Origin: Eledone cirrhosa
Taxonomy: Eukaryota
Assembly (NCBI GenBank): GCA_964016885.1
Contig: OZ024742.1
Coordinates: 76,384,001 to 76,448,000 of the forward strand
Direction of reading: 5' to 3'
Length of the DNA: 64,000 bases
Part shown: piece after piece, positions 26,571 through 39,800 of the stretch
Numbering within the stretch: the first letter of the stretch is position 1
Layout: every line of letters starts with the position of its first letter
Notes under the pieces: model-generated
Database searches by the model: none
What the model was told of the DNA's origin: nothing
What the model saw: only the letters and a program-made list of their open reading frames with translations
Program-made: the position numbers and the translations under genes

Positions 26571-29500
26571 AACGCGACAAAATAAAGTAAATGTCTAATG
26601 ATAAAATCTCACACCGGATCGGCCGTCACCCGGGTAAAAAAGGGCCGCGTCCCTCAGAGAGGAACCAGACTGGGGTCGGAAAATCAGCTAATGGTTCAAA
26701 CCTTCCCATCACTTCGGAGCTGGAGACCTCCCATGACCGGAATACTCCTACTGTTGGCCCTCCATGCTCACCACCAAGAAATCCAAAGAAAAAGAGAGAA
26801 AATAGTCAAGAGAAGATAATAAAGAAGTCCTTGTGGATTTCTACACTGCCATGTACTACCCATCAAATACATCGAATACAGAACAGACATATATCAACTG
26901 GAAAAAGAAACATCCCGAAAACTGAGGCTATATTGACAGTAACAAACTAGCCAATATAGGAAGAAATATTGTAAAAAAAAAGTTACTAACTGATACAGAA
27001 ATTGATCAGATCAAGCTATTGGCACAAAGTCAGCGAAGGGAAAATGAAACATGTGTCAGTGAAAACGAGGTAAATTGTAACACATCGAATCCCAGGGTTG
27101 GGGCGGAATCACTGACAACAGAACAAATTAAAGAAAGGATCGAAAAAGTGGAGGGAGTGCATGCTCAAGATGAAACTCCAAATGAAAATAATGAGATCGT
27201 AAATGATAAAGAAATGAATGAGAATGAACTTGCCAACTTGAAGGATGAAATTATGATCGAATGGATGAAAATGAAAGAATCTGACATAGGGGAACGAGAC
27301 ACCCTCCCTAAGATCCAGAACTCCAAACAGAACCAAAAGATAATACACAAGATTAATATAATTATCAAAAACATTATCATCACAAAGAAACTAAACATTA
27401 CTGATTTAAATCATCTCTATTATGCATCGGCTAAAGTCACCACTCACTTATGTGGAGTGAAGATGAAAAAACAAAGGAATTCCCACAAGAAATCTACTTG
27501 GCAAGAGAACATCAATCGCCAAATAAACCTTCTCCGATCTGACATAGAAATTTAAAAAAAGTATAATTAGGTGAACATGTTAAACAAAATAAACTTAGAA
27601 AATTGAAAAGAAAGTACAGTATAAAACCAACAAGTGACATAGGCATGCTGTTAGAAATAATCAAGCAAAAAGTGTCGGCCAAAGCTGCTCGTATAAGGCG
27701 CTTTGAAGAACGATCTAGATTCTATAAGGACAATAATATGTTCAAAACCAACCAAAGAAACTTCTACAGAAAAATTGGTAAGTCAACAATAACTGCTAAA
27801 TCAATACCACCCAAGGAGGAAGTGCAAGAATTCTGGGAAAAGATCTGGGCCGAAGAAAAATTTCATAATATACATGCCCCATGGATAGACAGACAAATGA
27901 AAGATACAGCTCACCTTGAGGAACAAATATGGGAAAATATAACAGTTGAACAGTTGCGTTGGCTCTAAGAAATACCAGCAAATGGAAATCCCCAGGAAAA
28001 GACAAAATACAAAATTTTTGGATAAATGCCTCATTAGCTGTTAGCCCAATTTACAATGAAATAGTTGAGGAGCCAGAAAAGATACCATCATGGCTAGTTA
28101 AAGGCATTACATTCCTGCTTCCGAAGAATGATGAGACAAACAATCCCCAAAATTACAGACTGATAACTTGTTTGACCACAATGTATAACATTTTAACATC
28201 AGTCCTAACTGAGTATACATATGATCACCTGATAACAAATGACCTATTTCCCATTGAGCAGAAAGGGGGTAAACAAGGCTCATATGGCTGTAAAGATCAG
28301 CTTTTGGTTAACAAAATGATACTGGAAGATTGTCATAATAGACACAAATATCTATCAATTGCTTGGATAGATTATAAAAAGCATTCGATAGTTTGCCACA
28401 CAGTTGGATTGAAAAATGTTTAGAGATTTTCAAAATATCCCCCGTTGTCAGGAGGTTTTTGTCATTCAGTATGAAGACATGGAAAACGACACTCCTTTTG
28501 AATAGTGAAACACAATCACTGGAAGCTGGAGAAGTTAATATAAATTGTGGAATTTTTCAGGGTGACTCTTTATCACTGCTTTTATTCCGCATCGCACTTA
28601 TACCATTAAGTAAAATGCTCAATGAAACAAAACATGGATATAAAGGCTATGACAAAACCATTAATCACTTGTTCTACATGGATGACCTGAAACTATTTGC
28701 AAAAAGTGATGAACAATTGCAAGGGCTATTATCCACTGTGGAGCAGTTCAGTGATGACATTAAAATGGAGTTTGGACTGGATAAATGCGCCAAAGCAACG
28801 TTCACCAGAGGAAAGCTGCTGAAAAGTTCAGACATTAATCTTGATCGAGGGAACGTGATAAGAGAACTTGATCCAGAGGAAACTTACAAATATCTAGGTG
28901 TCTGTGAAGGAGACGGAATCAAGCACTCGACAATGAGGGAAAGGATAAGGAAGGAATGTTACCGCAGAGTAAGAGCAATCTTAAGAACGGAATTGAATGC
29001 AAGGAATAGGATTGATGCCATAAACACGCTTGCCATACCAGTAGTAACCTACAGTTACAATGTCATCAATTGGTCAAGCACAGAGATCCGTAGGATCGAT
29101 ACAAAAATTCGAAAATTCTTAACCGTGCACAGAATGCATCACCCTAAGGCAGATACAGATAGAATATTTCTCCCTAGGAAAGAAGGAGGACGTGGGTTAA
29201 TCCAGTTAGACATTGCGTTGAAATCTGCAACAATTGGATTATCTACATATCTAAGGGAATCACATGATTGGATGATCAAACTCGTTTTGAAACACGAAAG
29301 CATCAAAAGATCATATTCCATTACAAAAGATGCACAAAGATACAGTAATGGACTACAAATTTCAGAAGTTCCATTTACTGCTGAAATGGAAAACACAGAA
29401 AAAGCAAAGCAGGTAAAAGTAACTGCAAAGAAAGAACTGCTACAGAAACTGGCTAAGAAATGGCAAGAAAAGCCTCTGTATGGAAAATACCCAGAACGAG

Positions 29501-30369
29501 CTAATAATCCTGATGTTGACAAAACTTTAACCCATCAGTGGTTGGCATCCTCTGGACTGAAATCGGAGACTGTAGGACTGATTATATCAGCACAAGATCA
29601 GTGTCTGCCAACAAAAAATTACCAAGCCAACATAATAAAAAATGGATACAGCCCATTATGCCGTTATTGTAAAAAACAACCAGAGACCATTGACCATATA
29701 ATTTCAATGTGCAGTTCTATAGCTCCAACCGAATACCTAAACAGGCATGACAGAGCTGCACAATACATACATTGGATAATTTGTAAGCATTTTGACCTGC
29801 CCCATCAAAAGAATTGGTGGGAGCATCAGCCACCTCTCATACTTGAAAAAGATCACATCTCAATCTTGTGGAACTTTAGCATCCAAACAGACCGAAAAAT
29901 AGATGCAAATAGACCTTATATATTATTGAAGGACTTTAAAAGGAGGGTATGCATGCTAATTGATATGTCCGTTCCAATAAACAAGAATGTATCTATAAAA
30001 ACATTGGAAAAATTGAGCAAGTATAAGGACCTGGAGATAGAAATTGGAAAAATGTGGAAATTGAGAACTAAAATAATACCAGTGGTTGTAGGCGCTCTAG
30101 GAATTATACCTAAGGGGTCTAATGATTACTTATCGCAAATCCAAGGAAACCCGCGTATAGGAGAAATACAAAAGATAGTACTAATGGGAACTGCCCATAT
30201 ACTAAGGAAGATTCTGTCAATATAAGTACATCACAAGTCTAAACACTAAAGATGCATGTGTGAGTATGTATGTTCTTTCTTGAACATGGCGGACCTTGTT
30301 GTCTCTTGAGGTCACTGGTTGTGACTTGGTGATAACTCGTATGAACATAAAGCAAGATAAATGCAACTG
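26571..30369 (+). mobile_element. R4/Dong-like element, family B, copy 1 (near full length, frameshifted)
   Basis: ORF pieces over 26591-30225 with YMDD, CRYC..H...C, RHD and RLE motifs. (AAT)n flanks. Confidence 0.9.
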
Positions 30370-30394
30370 TAATAATAATAATAATAATAATAAT

Positions 30395-33300
30395 CCTCGA
30401 TAAGAGTGTTTAAATATCGAACCTAAACAGTTCGAATAACGGTGAAATGGAGACTAGAACGTCATGTGACAGACTCTCACACAACAGGTGCTCCCTGGCT
30501 CAGCAGCAGGAACCTGGCTGTCAAACAAATACTGCTGGTGTCGGAGGAAGAAGTAGAAGGAAAGGGACCAGAACCAACTGGACGAAAGAATTGAATAGAA
30601 CTGTTATGCAATGCTACCTGAAAAGTAACCCGAAGGAGAGGGGCTATAGGAGACGGATGCATAACATCTGGAACGAGATTGGTCTATTTAAATTAGATGA
30701 ACAAAAATTGGCCGGGCAGGCTCGGGTAATAAGAACTAATGGGTGAATAAGCGAGCTGGAACTGGAGGAACTGAGCAGAGAGATTAGCTTGGAGATGGAG
30801 GGTGGAATATGCCAGGCAAACGAGCCAGTGGGAAATGAAGGTGAAGAGGTCGAGAGAACGGAGGAACCACCCGAAGCAGACAATGATCTGAATACTGAGA
30901 TTAATAATACCTGGAACAGAGATACGGCCACTGAGGAGATGAATGCTGACGGGCTAGGACAAGATTTGGTTGAAATCCTAAATTTAGTGGTAGATGAATT
31001 GAACAATGATAGTGGGAGACCTATGAACCTAAGATTTGTAGACAGGAAAAAGTTAAAAGAAACAACAGCTAAGGTAAACAAAGTCATTCCATACCTTGAG
31101 GCGAGGAGCCTTCACCAGTGCAACCATATCCTCAAAGCAACAGCAAATGCGGTAAGGAAACTACTTGGTATAAAAGCGAGAGGAAACAACAGACAAGAAA
31201 GAGCAGAGCCTTAGTGGAAGAAACGACTGAGTGGTCAAATCAGGGAAATGAGAAATGACATTGGAAAGCTTGAGTCACTACTGAATGGGACACTAAAAAA
31301 CATAGGCACTAAAAATAGACTGGAAATAAAGTACAAAACTAGGAGGAAAAACTAAATATTATCATAGAGGAACTGAAGCAACGCATTGTAGCAAAGAGTG
31401 CAAAATTCAGGCGATACGAGAACAGAGTCAGTCAGTATTAACAGAACCGGAATATGGGAGCAGGATGTTAGACATAATGACGAGGCAGGGTGGATTGAGA
31501 CAGTACAGAGGGAGATCGGTAAGCAGGCACACCAACAAACTGATTTGAGTATCACAGTTGAAACTCTTAAGGGGCAGGCCAAAAAACTAACCAACTGGAA
31601 ATCACCAGGACCAGATGGTGTGCAGGGGTATTGGATTAAAAATTTAACATCCCTCCACCCGAAACTGACAACCATGTTCCATGACTGCTTGATGTCAGGT
31701 GAGGTAACAGAGTGGATGACAAAAGGTACCATAGTTCTGATAATGAAAGACCGAATCAAGAGTAATGATGTTACCAACTATAGACCTATCACATGTCTGT
31801 CCGTAATGTGGAAACTGTTGACGAGCATTGTGTCTGAGGAAATCTACCATCACCTCCACACAAACAACTTGTTACCAGACAAACAGAAAGGATGCCGAAA
31901 GAAGTCACGTGGTACAAAGGACCAGTTACTTATTGATAAGATGGTAATGGGGAATTGCAGGAGGAGACACACTGATCTTGCCATGGGTTGGATAGACTAC
32001 AGAAAGGCATTTGACATGGTGCCGCATTCTTGGATCACCAAAAGCCTGGAGATCTTCAAGGTGGCAGATAACATCAGACAGTTGCTGGGCAGGAGTATGA
32101 AGTCCTGGGAAACAGAGTTGACATCAACTGGAGAATCCTTGGGAAGCGTGAGGATCAAGAGAGGTATCTTCCAGGGATATAGCCTGTCCCCTCTGTTGTT
32201 TGTCCTTGCCCAGATGCCCCCGACCATTATGCTGCGAAAAGTGAGAGCAGGATACAAGTTGGGAAAGGGAGAGATTACCATCAATCACCTCCTCTTCATG
32301 GACGATCTTAAGCTCTTCGGGAAGAGTGAGAAGGAGTTGGATGTGCTTGTTGACACTGTCCGTATTTTCAGCAGTGATATATGTATGCAGTTTGGTATTA
32401 GTAAGTGTGGAGTCATTGTGATGAGGAGGGGTAGGTTGAGCAGAAGTAACGGAGTCCAGATAGCAACAGCTGAGATGATAAAGGAAATTGACTCTGAGGA
32501 AGGATACAAGTATTTGGTCGTTCTGGAGGCTGATGGCATAAAGAACAAAAAAATGAAGGAATTGTTAAGAACTGAATACATTCGGAGAGTAAGGAGCGTA
32601 TTGAAGTCACATCTGAACAGCAGAAATGCCATAAGCGCAGTAAATTCCCGAGCTGTGTCTATTATTAGGTACAGTGCGGGAATTCTGAGATGGAATGTTG
32701 CTGAACAAAAAGAAATGGATAGGAAGACTAGGAAGCGATTGACTATCTACAATACGTTCCACAAGAGTAGTGATGTCGATAGACTCTACCTAAGGAGATC
32801 TGAGGGTGGAAAAGGTCTTATCAGCATAGAGGACTGTGTTCAGATGGAGAAAAATAACCTACACAAATATGTGACTGATAGTAAGGAGCCAATGCTCAGA
32901 ACTGTACTGAAGAAGGGGACAATAGGCAAGGGGACGTCCAAGGAGGAAATAACATCAAGGAGAAAGAGCAGCCTTCAGCGAAATCCCTTCATAGTACCTT
33001 CTTTGAGAAAACTGAATTTAGAGATCCACAGACATGGAACTGGTTGAGAAAAGAGATCTCAAAAAGGCTACAGAACGAATGTTAGTGGCTGCGCAGGAGC
33101 AGGCCCTCAACACGAAGTGGTTGAAACACCATATTTACAAGGAGGAGGCTAGCCCACTGTGCAGGATCTGTGGAGAGAGAGGGTAGACTGTGGCTCACAT
33201 TACGTCCGAGTGTAAACACCTAGCCCAGACCCACTATAAGGGCTGGAGACATGATGTGATGGGCAGGGTGATCCACTGGCACCTGTGCAAAGTAAACAAT

Positions 33301-33805
33301 TTACCACATTCTGAGAAATGTTATGAGCATAAGCCAGAGGCGGTGATGGAGATCGATCAGGTGAAGGTGCTGTGGGATTTTAGGATACAGACGGACAAGA
33401 AACTGGAACACAATAGACCTGACTTGGTGGTTGTGGACAAAGAAAAAAGATCGTGTCTGATTGTGGATGTGTCCTGCCCATTCGACACGAGAGTGCAAGA
33501 AAAAGAGAGGGAGAAAATTAACCGATACCAGGACTTAAAGTGGGATGTAAAAAGGATTTGGAACTGCCATGCAGTCAAAGTGATCCCGATTGTCATAGGT
33601 GCACTGGGGACTATCTCCAAAAGTTTCCAGGGATGGTTAAAGAAAATCGGCCGCTTCACGCTTTTTGCAACGCTTCAAAAGGCATGCTTGCTGGGAACAG
33701 TAAGAACCCTCCGATACGTCCTGAATATCTGAGGCTGCAGGTAGTGGCTTGATATTCATTCCAACGGACTTTCCAGTTAACTAAGATCAATGACTGAGAT
33801 TCAAG

Positions 33806-33806
<1 letters not shown>
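30395..33806 (+). mobile_element. R4/Dong-like element, family A, copy 2 (full-length 5' end; several stops, frameshifts and a ~105-bp deletion)
   Basis: ORF from 30447 (METRTS...RTNWTKELN) to 33732, highly similar to copy 1. Confidence 0.92.
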
Positions 33807-33858
<52 letters not shown>

Positions 33859-34115
33859 TTAATAATAATAATGTTTTCTTTATTAACCACAAGGGTTCAC
33901 ATAAAGTAGACATTAAGGACAGTACAGGACAATACAGGACGGTACAAATGGGCATTTCTGCGTGTAAAAAAACAGAGGTTGAAATAAAATAACAAAGAAA
34001 AATTCCCCAATAGGGGGGAGACTTCCAAGGGACATTTGTGGAGAAAGCCCATTAAAAGACCACAGTGGCCCTGACCACCAGGGCAAGTGCCCTCTCCCAG
34101 TTTTCCACCTTTAAT

Positions 34116-37100
34116 TTACAGACACATACTCAGAGAAGGCCCATTCATTCGGGCCATACTTGCTTCTCTCACCCATCTTTCAACAAAATGCTGGGATGAG
34201 AGCACTTCCCTCTCTACCCTGATTTTCCTTTTCAAATGAAATTTGAAAAAGTTAATCAGGGCATCACCGAAGAGGTAAGTGCTCGTCTTCAGCCCTTTCA
34301 AACGTGTCCACCATACTATCTCTTTCGCCATGGCCACCAGACAGATAAAAACTACCTGCCCTTCCAGGCTAAAGGAGGAGGGCGGGGCAATCCTCACGGT
34401 GGTAGCTGGATCCGTCCTACACGTGACAGCAGGTGTTCGACATAAACCCACAAGTCAGCAATGCTGGGACACTGGACGAGTGCGTGCAGGACGGTTTCGT
34501 CGCCCTGCGCGCATCTCGGACATGCCCGGCTGACGGCACCTCCATGCCTGTAGAGTTTCTCCCGAACTGGCAAAGCTCCTCGGTAGCACTGCCAGGCCAG
34601 GGATTTCTGGAAGTTGTCCATAGGCCCCCGCCCGAAAGTCCTTCCGAAGAGATTGGCTAGTTGATTTTCGTCGACGCCTAGAGTTTCTCCAAGTACGTCG
34701 TCGCTCTTCCCCTCCACTAATCCCCTATAGAACGCCAAGGTGGAGTTTCCACCGATCACATTGCCAGATTGGTCGAGGGCTGTGAGCGCCTGAAGACATT
34801 CCAGTCTGCAAGCGCTCCCTCTCGGTCTTCGCTTGACCCAGGACAGCAGCTCCGTTAAGGAGACGAGCTGGGGAAAAAAGTGTATAGCAAACGGCGACCA
34901 CACCTGATCACCGTCGAGGAAGAGGCGGAGATGTCGTAGCCTGAGCGCGTGTCTGCGCATCATCAGCCACGGCATGCCCAGCCCTCCACGTAGCGGGTGT
35001 TGACAGCAGATGGACCGCCTGACCTACGGAGCGCGTCCCTTCCGCAAGAAGCGAAAGAGCAAACGCTCCAGCGCAGTCAGGCGGAGCTTAGGACAAGGTA
35101 CGACGGTCAGGCGGTAGTAGATGACGGATGCGATGTACGCATTCGCCACCTCCGCTCGACCTTTCAGGGATAGCTTCCTCTCGGCCCATTTCTGGGTAAG
35201 AGAAGCCACCCTGCTCGTCACCTCGTCCCAGTTTTTGTCCGTCTGGAGGTCTGGCCCGAACCAGACCCCTAGCAATTTAACCTGTCCGTCCGTCCAGCGC
35301 CCGACGACGCTGTTGGACGGCACGGACCTGCCTCTCCAGGTGCCGAGCTGCAGGCCCACTGACTTTTTCTGGTTGATCATTGCCCCTGTCACCGCTTCGT
35401 ATTCTCTTAGTGTAGTGCCGATGCCTCGATGTGTTTGGCGTTCGACACCACTACGGTGACATCGTCGGCATATGCTGACACGGATCTTCCGCATCCTAGT
35501 TCGCGCGGGACCCCCCCCCCCCTCAACGTCTCCAGTTTGTGCAGTAATAGCTCGAGAGTCAATACGTACAATAGGGACGAGAGGGGACATCCTTGGCGGA
35601 CCGAGCGCATGATGTTGAACGTTTCCGAAAGGTGACTGTTCACTCTCACTACAGAGCAGATGTCGCTGTGCATGGCAGCGATCCAGCCTCTGAAGACGGG
35701 CCCAAAGCCAGGCGACCTCAGGACTGCCGCTAGGTAACGATGGTCGACCCTATCGAAGGCTTTCGACTGATCTAAATTGATCAAAGACCCACCCGTGCCA
35801 GGTTCCCTAGCTACCCTCTCTACGATGTATCGCATGAGGTGGAGGTTGTCGTGGATGGATCTGTCGGGAATGGCGCATGTCTGCGCCTCTCCCACCAGAC
35901 CACCAACGACAAGCGCCAACCTCTTTGCTAGCACCTTGGCCAAAATCTTGAACTCTGTGTTTAGCAGAGTTATGGGCCTAAAATTATCTATGTTATCCCC
36001 CTTGTTCGGATCCTTTCTCAGCAGCGCCACCGCTCCTCGGCTCACAGAGCTGGGAATTCTCCTGTTCTGTTGCCAGTTGCAGTAGACGTCCGCCAAAAGG
36101 CCTCCGAACCAGTTTGGCATTTGTACGTAAAGTTCATAGGGCAGACTATCCAAACCAGGCGATTTACCCCTTGTGCAACTAGTCATTGCATCCCGTACTT
36201 CAGCGGTTGTTATCGGCTTTTCGCAACACTCCGCCTCAGTGGCCGAAAGCCGCGGCAGTCCGTCGAGGTAGACACTAAAGTCCATCCCTCGATCCGGCCC
36301 GCCACTGCCCCCGAACAGTTGAGCGAAGTGTCGCCGAAAAGCTTCACACATTTTCCCGGGATCGAGTAGCATGCGCCCGTCGTGGTCCACCAAAGACCGG
36401 ATCGTGGCTTTGTTGCCACGACGCGCCTCCGCCACTCGGGCCCATTGAACGGCTTTCGTCCCCTCGTGTCTGAGAGCACGCACCCTAGCTCTGACAACGC
36501 AGCCTTCGTGCTTTGCATTGAAGAATTGGTCAAGGGCCAATTCCGCCGCAAGTACGTCGGTCGCAATGCCTTTGCTAAGCGCCTCATCTGATTTTCTAAC
36601 TAATTCTCCCTCTGCTCTATTTTTCTCTATTGCTAAAGTCTTACTAAACCTAATGGACTCTATTCTAATTGCTCTTTTCAGAGCAAACCTCCACTTGTTG
36701 TTGACGATGGCCCCCGTCAACGCCCGCTTAACTAGTTCGCTAATCCGGTCTCTGTAGGCCTTGCGCGCTGGTAAGGACGCGTTTAGCTTCCAGTAGCCGG
36801 GTCCTCGTCTATGAAGCCTATCTAAGTCAAGCACACAGATCACGAATTTGTGGTCCGTGTAGCTGACCATCTTGAATTGTGGACAGCCTATGCTAGACCT
36901 ATCTATTTCCCTACAAAATACTCTATCTAGATATGATCTAGATGACCCTATGCGATTTGTCCAAGTCCACATTTGTACATTCGGGAAATCCATTCGGTAC
37001 CTGTCAGACAGTTCAAAACGTCTGAGCAGTTTGGTGAGTCTCTTGCACCCTCCTTCCCTATCCACTAATCCTACACAATCCCAGCGTGCATCTAAGATCC

Positions 37101-37530
37101 CGTTCCAGTCGCCCACTAACACTAAAGAGCGGGACGTTCCAAGAAAGGTCTCCAGACGCCGGAAGAAATCAGGCCGCCCTCTTCCTGTCGGGGCATAGAC
37201 GGCCACTAACCTGAAAGCTTGCACGTCTCCGCTGGTCACGTCCAGCACCACCAACTTACCTTCTCGTTCCAGGAAGATGGCCCGTATGGCAAGATCCAAA
37301 CCTCTCCGAAAAAGCACAGCAAATCCTCCCCCCGGTCCCGGACGGCGGTGAGATGCGTACACATCGTAGCCGCCGAAGATCGGTGCGAAAGCCTGTGCTT
37401 CGGAGATTCTGGTCTCGCTGATGGCCACTACATCTATGTTTAGTGACCTGAGGTCGTTGAGCAGGTGGCCCTGCTTCCATGACGACCCCAAGCCACGCGC
37501 ATTTATGCTGCCTATTCTGAGTGAGGTCAT
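34116..37530 (-). pseudogene. ORF2: AP endonuclease + reverse transcriptase + C-terminal CCHC (frameshifted)
   Basis: SINARG, SETR, VYAP, GDWN, SYLDR, TDH; KSPGLD, NFRPITLLN, DQSKAFD, QGCPLS, YADD; CPRC...ETVLHALVQC. Confidence 0.92.
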
Positions 37531-37564
37531 GTTGAGAAGGAGTGGAAAAGATGGGAAAGACCAC

Positions 37565-39555
37565 TTACCTTACTTCTCGTAGGGGAAGGACGGTTTTTCC
37601 ATCCTTTTCACTGCTTGTGGCCTCCTCAGGAAGGATGTCCTTATAAATCCTCCTGGAGAGTGCTTGTCGGAAGTCTCCGATGTCTTTGGGGAATTTTTGT
37701 TTTAGTGTCATGTACGTTTTCTGTGTGATGCGAGTGATTTGTATGTGTGGAGGTGGTGTGAATTTTGTGGTTGTTGTGTAGTCTTTTTCTGTGATGCTGG
37801 TGTTGTGTTGGATGTAGTGTAATAATTGCTTGTTGTTCAAATGTAATGCTGTGTAGTGTGTATCGTTTTGGTTGTTTTGTTTTGTTTGCGTTTGTTGTGG
37901 GTTTGTTTCTGTTTCACATTTTGGTGACTTTTGTGGTGTAGGTGATGGTGGTGCTGGGGTTAATGATGGTGATGGTGTTGGTATTTGGGTTGATGGGGTT
38001 GGTGATGCTGGTGTGGATGGTGGCATATCTGTCCTAACTTTTTTGTTTCTTAATTTATTTGTTTCCCTCTGTATTTTGTTTTTGGAGGGGGAAGGAAGAG
38101 AATTTTTTTCTTTTTTGGTTACTTTTTTTTTCTGGATATCGTTTCCCACTCCTCGTCGTCACAATCTGTCTCCAGTTGTGATAGGCCGGGGAGTGGAAAA
38201 TCCTCCACAGCCGTTAGTTTTGGTTGTGGTGTGGTGGATGGTTTAGGCGCTGGTGCTGGTTCTGAAGCGTTGGGTGGTGGTGGTGTTGGTTGTGCTGGTG
38301 GTGGTAGTAGTGTTGGTTTTGCTACTGTTGCTGGGGTTGTTGCTGTTATAGTTGCTTCTGTTGTTGTTGCTACAGTTGTTGCTGCCATCTCTGCTACTGG
38401 TGGTGCTGATGGTTGTGTCACTGGGGTGGGTAGGAGAGGTGGCCTCAACCTTTTAGCCTGAGGGCAGAAAGCCCTTAGGTGGGTTCCTTCACCACAAACG
38501 ACACACCTAGGTCTTCTGCCCTCCACAATTACCGTGAGGTGGCTGCCGTCAGTGAGGTTTATTACCTCTGGGATCTCCTCAATGCTTTTTTGGTCCGCTT
38601 GGATCAGGAGCTCCATCCCAGATCCGGACCAGTTTTCCTGCTTTTCTTCTGCTATTGCTATTATTTTCGTGTTGGCTTCGATGCCGGCGAGGACAGCCGC
38701 TATTAGCCAGGGAATTTCGATGGCCGGTGGAACGTGGGTCACCCTGATCTTTACGAGTCTCTGGCCACAATAGCTTGGGACGAGTGTGAAGTCGTCACTT
38801 TTTAATGGGGCCATGGAGTGTTCTCTAGCCTCCTCTGGGGTTTCAAAGAACACATCCACGGTTCCATACTTTTGCCCACGTCTGATGTGGGTTTTTCTTG
38901 CCCACACATGTCCCAAAGCTTTTTGGATTTTTGACTCGGATGCCCGTTCCACTCGGCGCGATTTTACATTTATTGTTCTATACGACAAGGTGCATAGGCG
39001 CCGATGCTCCATTTTATTAGGTGGGGGGTGAGGCTGACCCTGTAACCATCTTTCTTTACCATTTGTTTGGCATTTTCTACATCCTCCTGAATTACCGTGA
39101 ATGCTTCAAACAGTTTTGCTACTATGGCGAAACTGAGGGTCGGTTTTATAATGGCATTGCTGTTGTTGTTGCTATCGTTATTTGTGTTAATATTAATTTT
39201 AGTTTCAGTTGTGGTGGTGGTGACGTCAGTCGTCTTTGGTGGGGAAGAGTCCATTTTGCTTGATTTCATTTCGACATCACGAGTTAATTTATTTTTTTCT
39301 TCTTTTGTTTCTGCTGTCGCGGTGGTGGTGGGGGTGGTGGAGATCGCGGTGGTGGTGGTGGAGGCTTTAACACCTGCAGTCATTGGTAATGGCGGGAAAT
39401 GAATGTCTGCTTGAGACAAATTTAAAATATTGCTACTGCTTACATTTTTTTTTTGTGTTGGCAAACGTAGTAACATTTACAATGGTGGTGTCGGTGTGAG
39501 GTGTTAATTTGTGAGGAAGGCTTTCAGCTGCTTGTTGCAGAGGTGAATTAGCCAT
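37565..39555 (-). pseudogene. ORF1 (gag-like, single CCHC knuckle, Pro/Thr-rich C-terminal half), frameshifted
   Basis: MANSPL start, SFA.VAK, CVVCGEGTHLRAFC, ending ...LREVR*. Confidence 0.8.
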
Positions 39556-39761
39556 TTTTTTCAAAGAAATTTTTTGATAATAATAAAAGTTTAAATTTTG
39601 GGCACAAGGCGCCAATCTTTTTGGGTGTCCTTTTCGGCAAACAATGTATGTGCGCTTATAAACAGTTAACAATAAAATTTTCCATAAATGACAATTTTTA
39701 ACAAACGGATATAAAAACCTTTGCGGAGCTCACGATGATACGATTTACTACGTAGGTCGCC

Positions 39762-39800
<39 letters not shown>

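Larger units (their letters stand above)
33873..39761 (-). mobile_element. Tx1/L1-like element, subfamily B, copy 2 (near full length)
   Basis: 5'UTR, ORF1, ORF2, and a 3'UTR with AATAAA running into (ATT)n. Confidence 0.92.

Noticed and set aside
26611-26700. HDV-like ribozyme at the Dong-B 5' end (GAACCA...GCTAATGGTTC)
   Set aside because: Not enough room for the P1, P3 and P1.1 nested pseudoknot; it is only a hairpin within probable coding sequence.
37565-38149. A separate third ORF between ORF1 and ORF2, or a programmed -1 frameshift at A-AAA-AAG
   Set aside because: In subfamily C the equivalent region is in frame with ORF1 (one TGA in place of a likely TGG). The two B copies need different shifts, so homopolymer indels are the simpler explanation.
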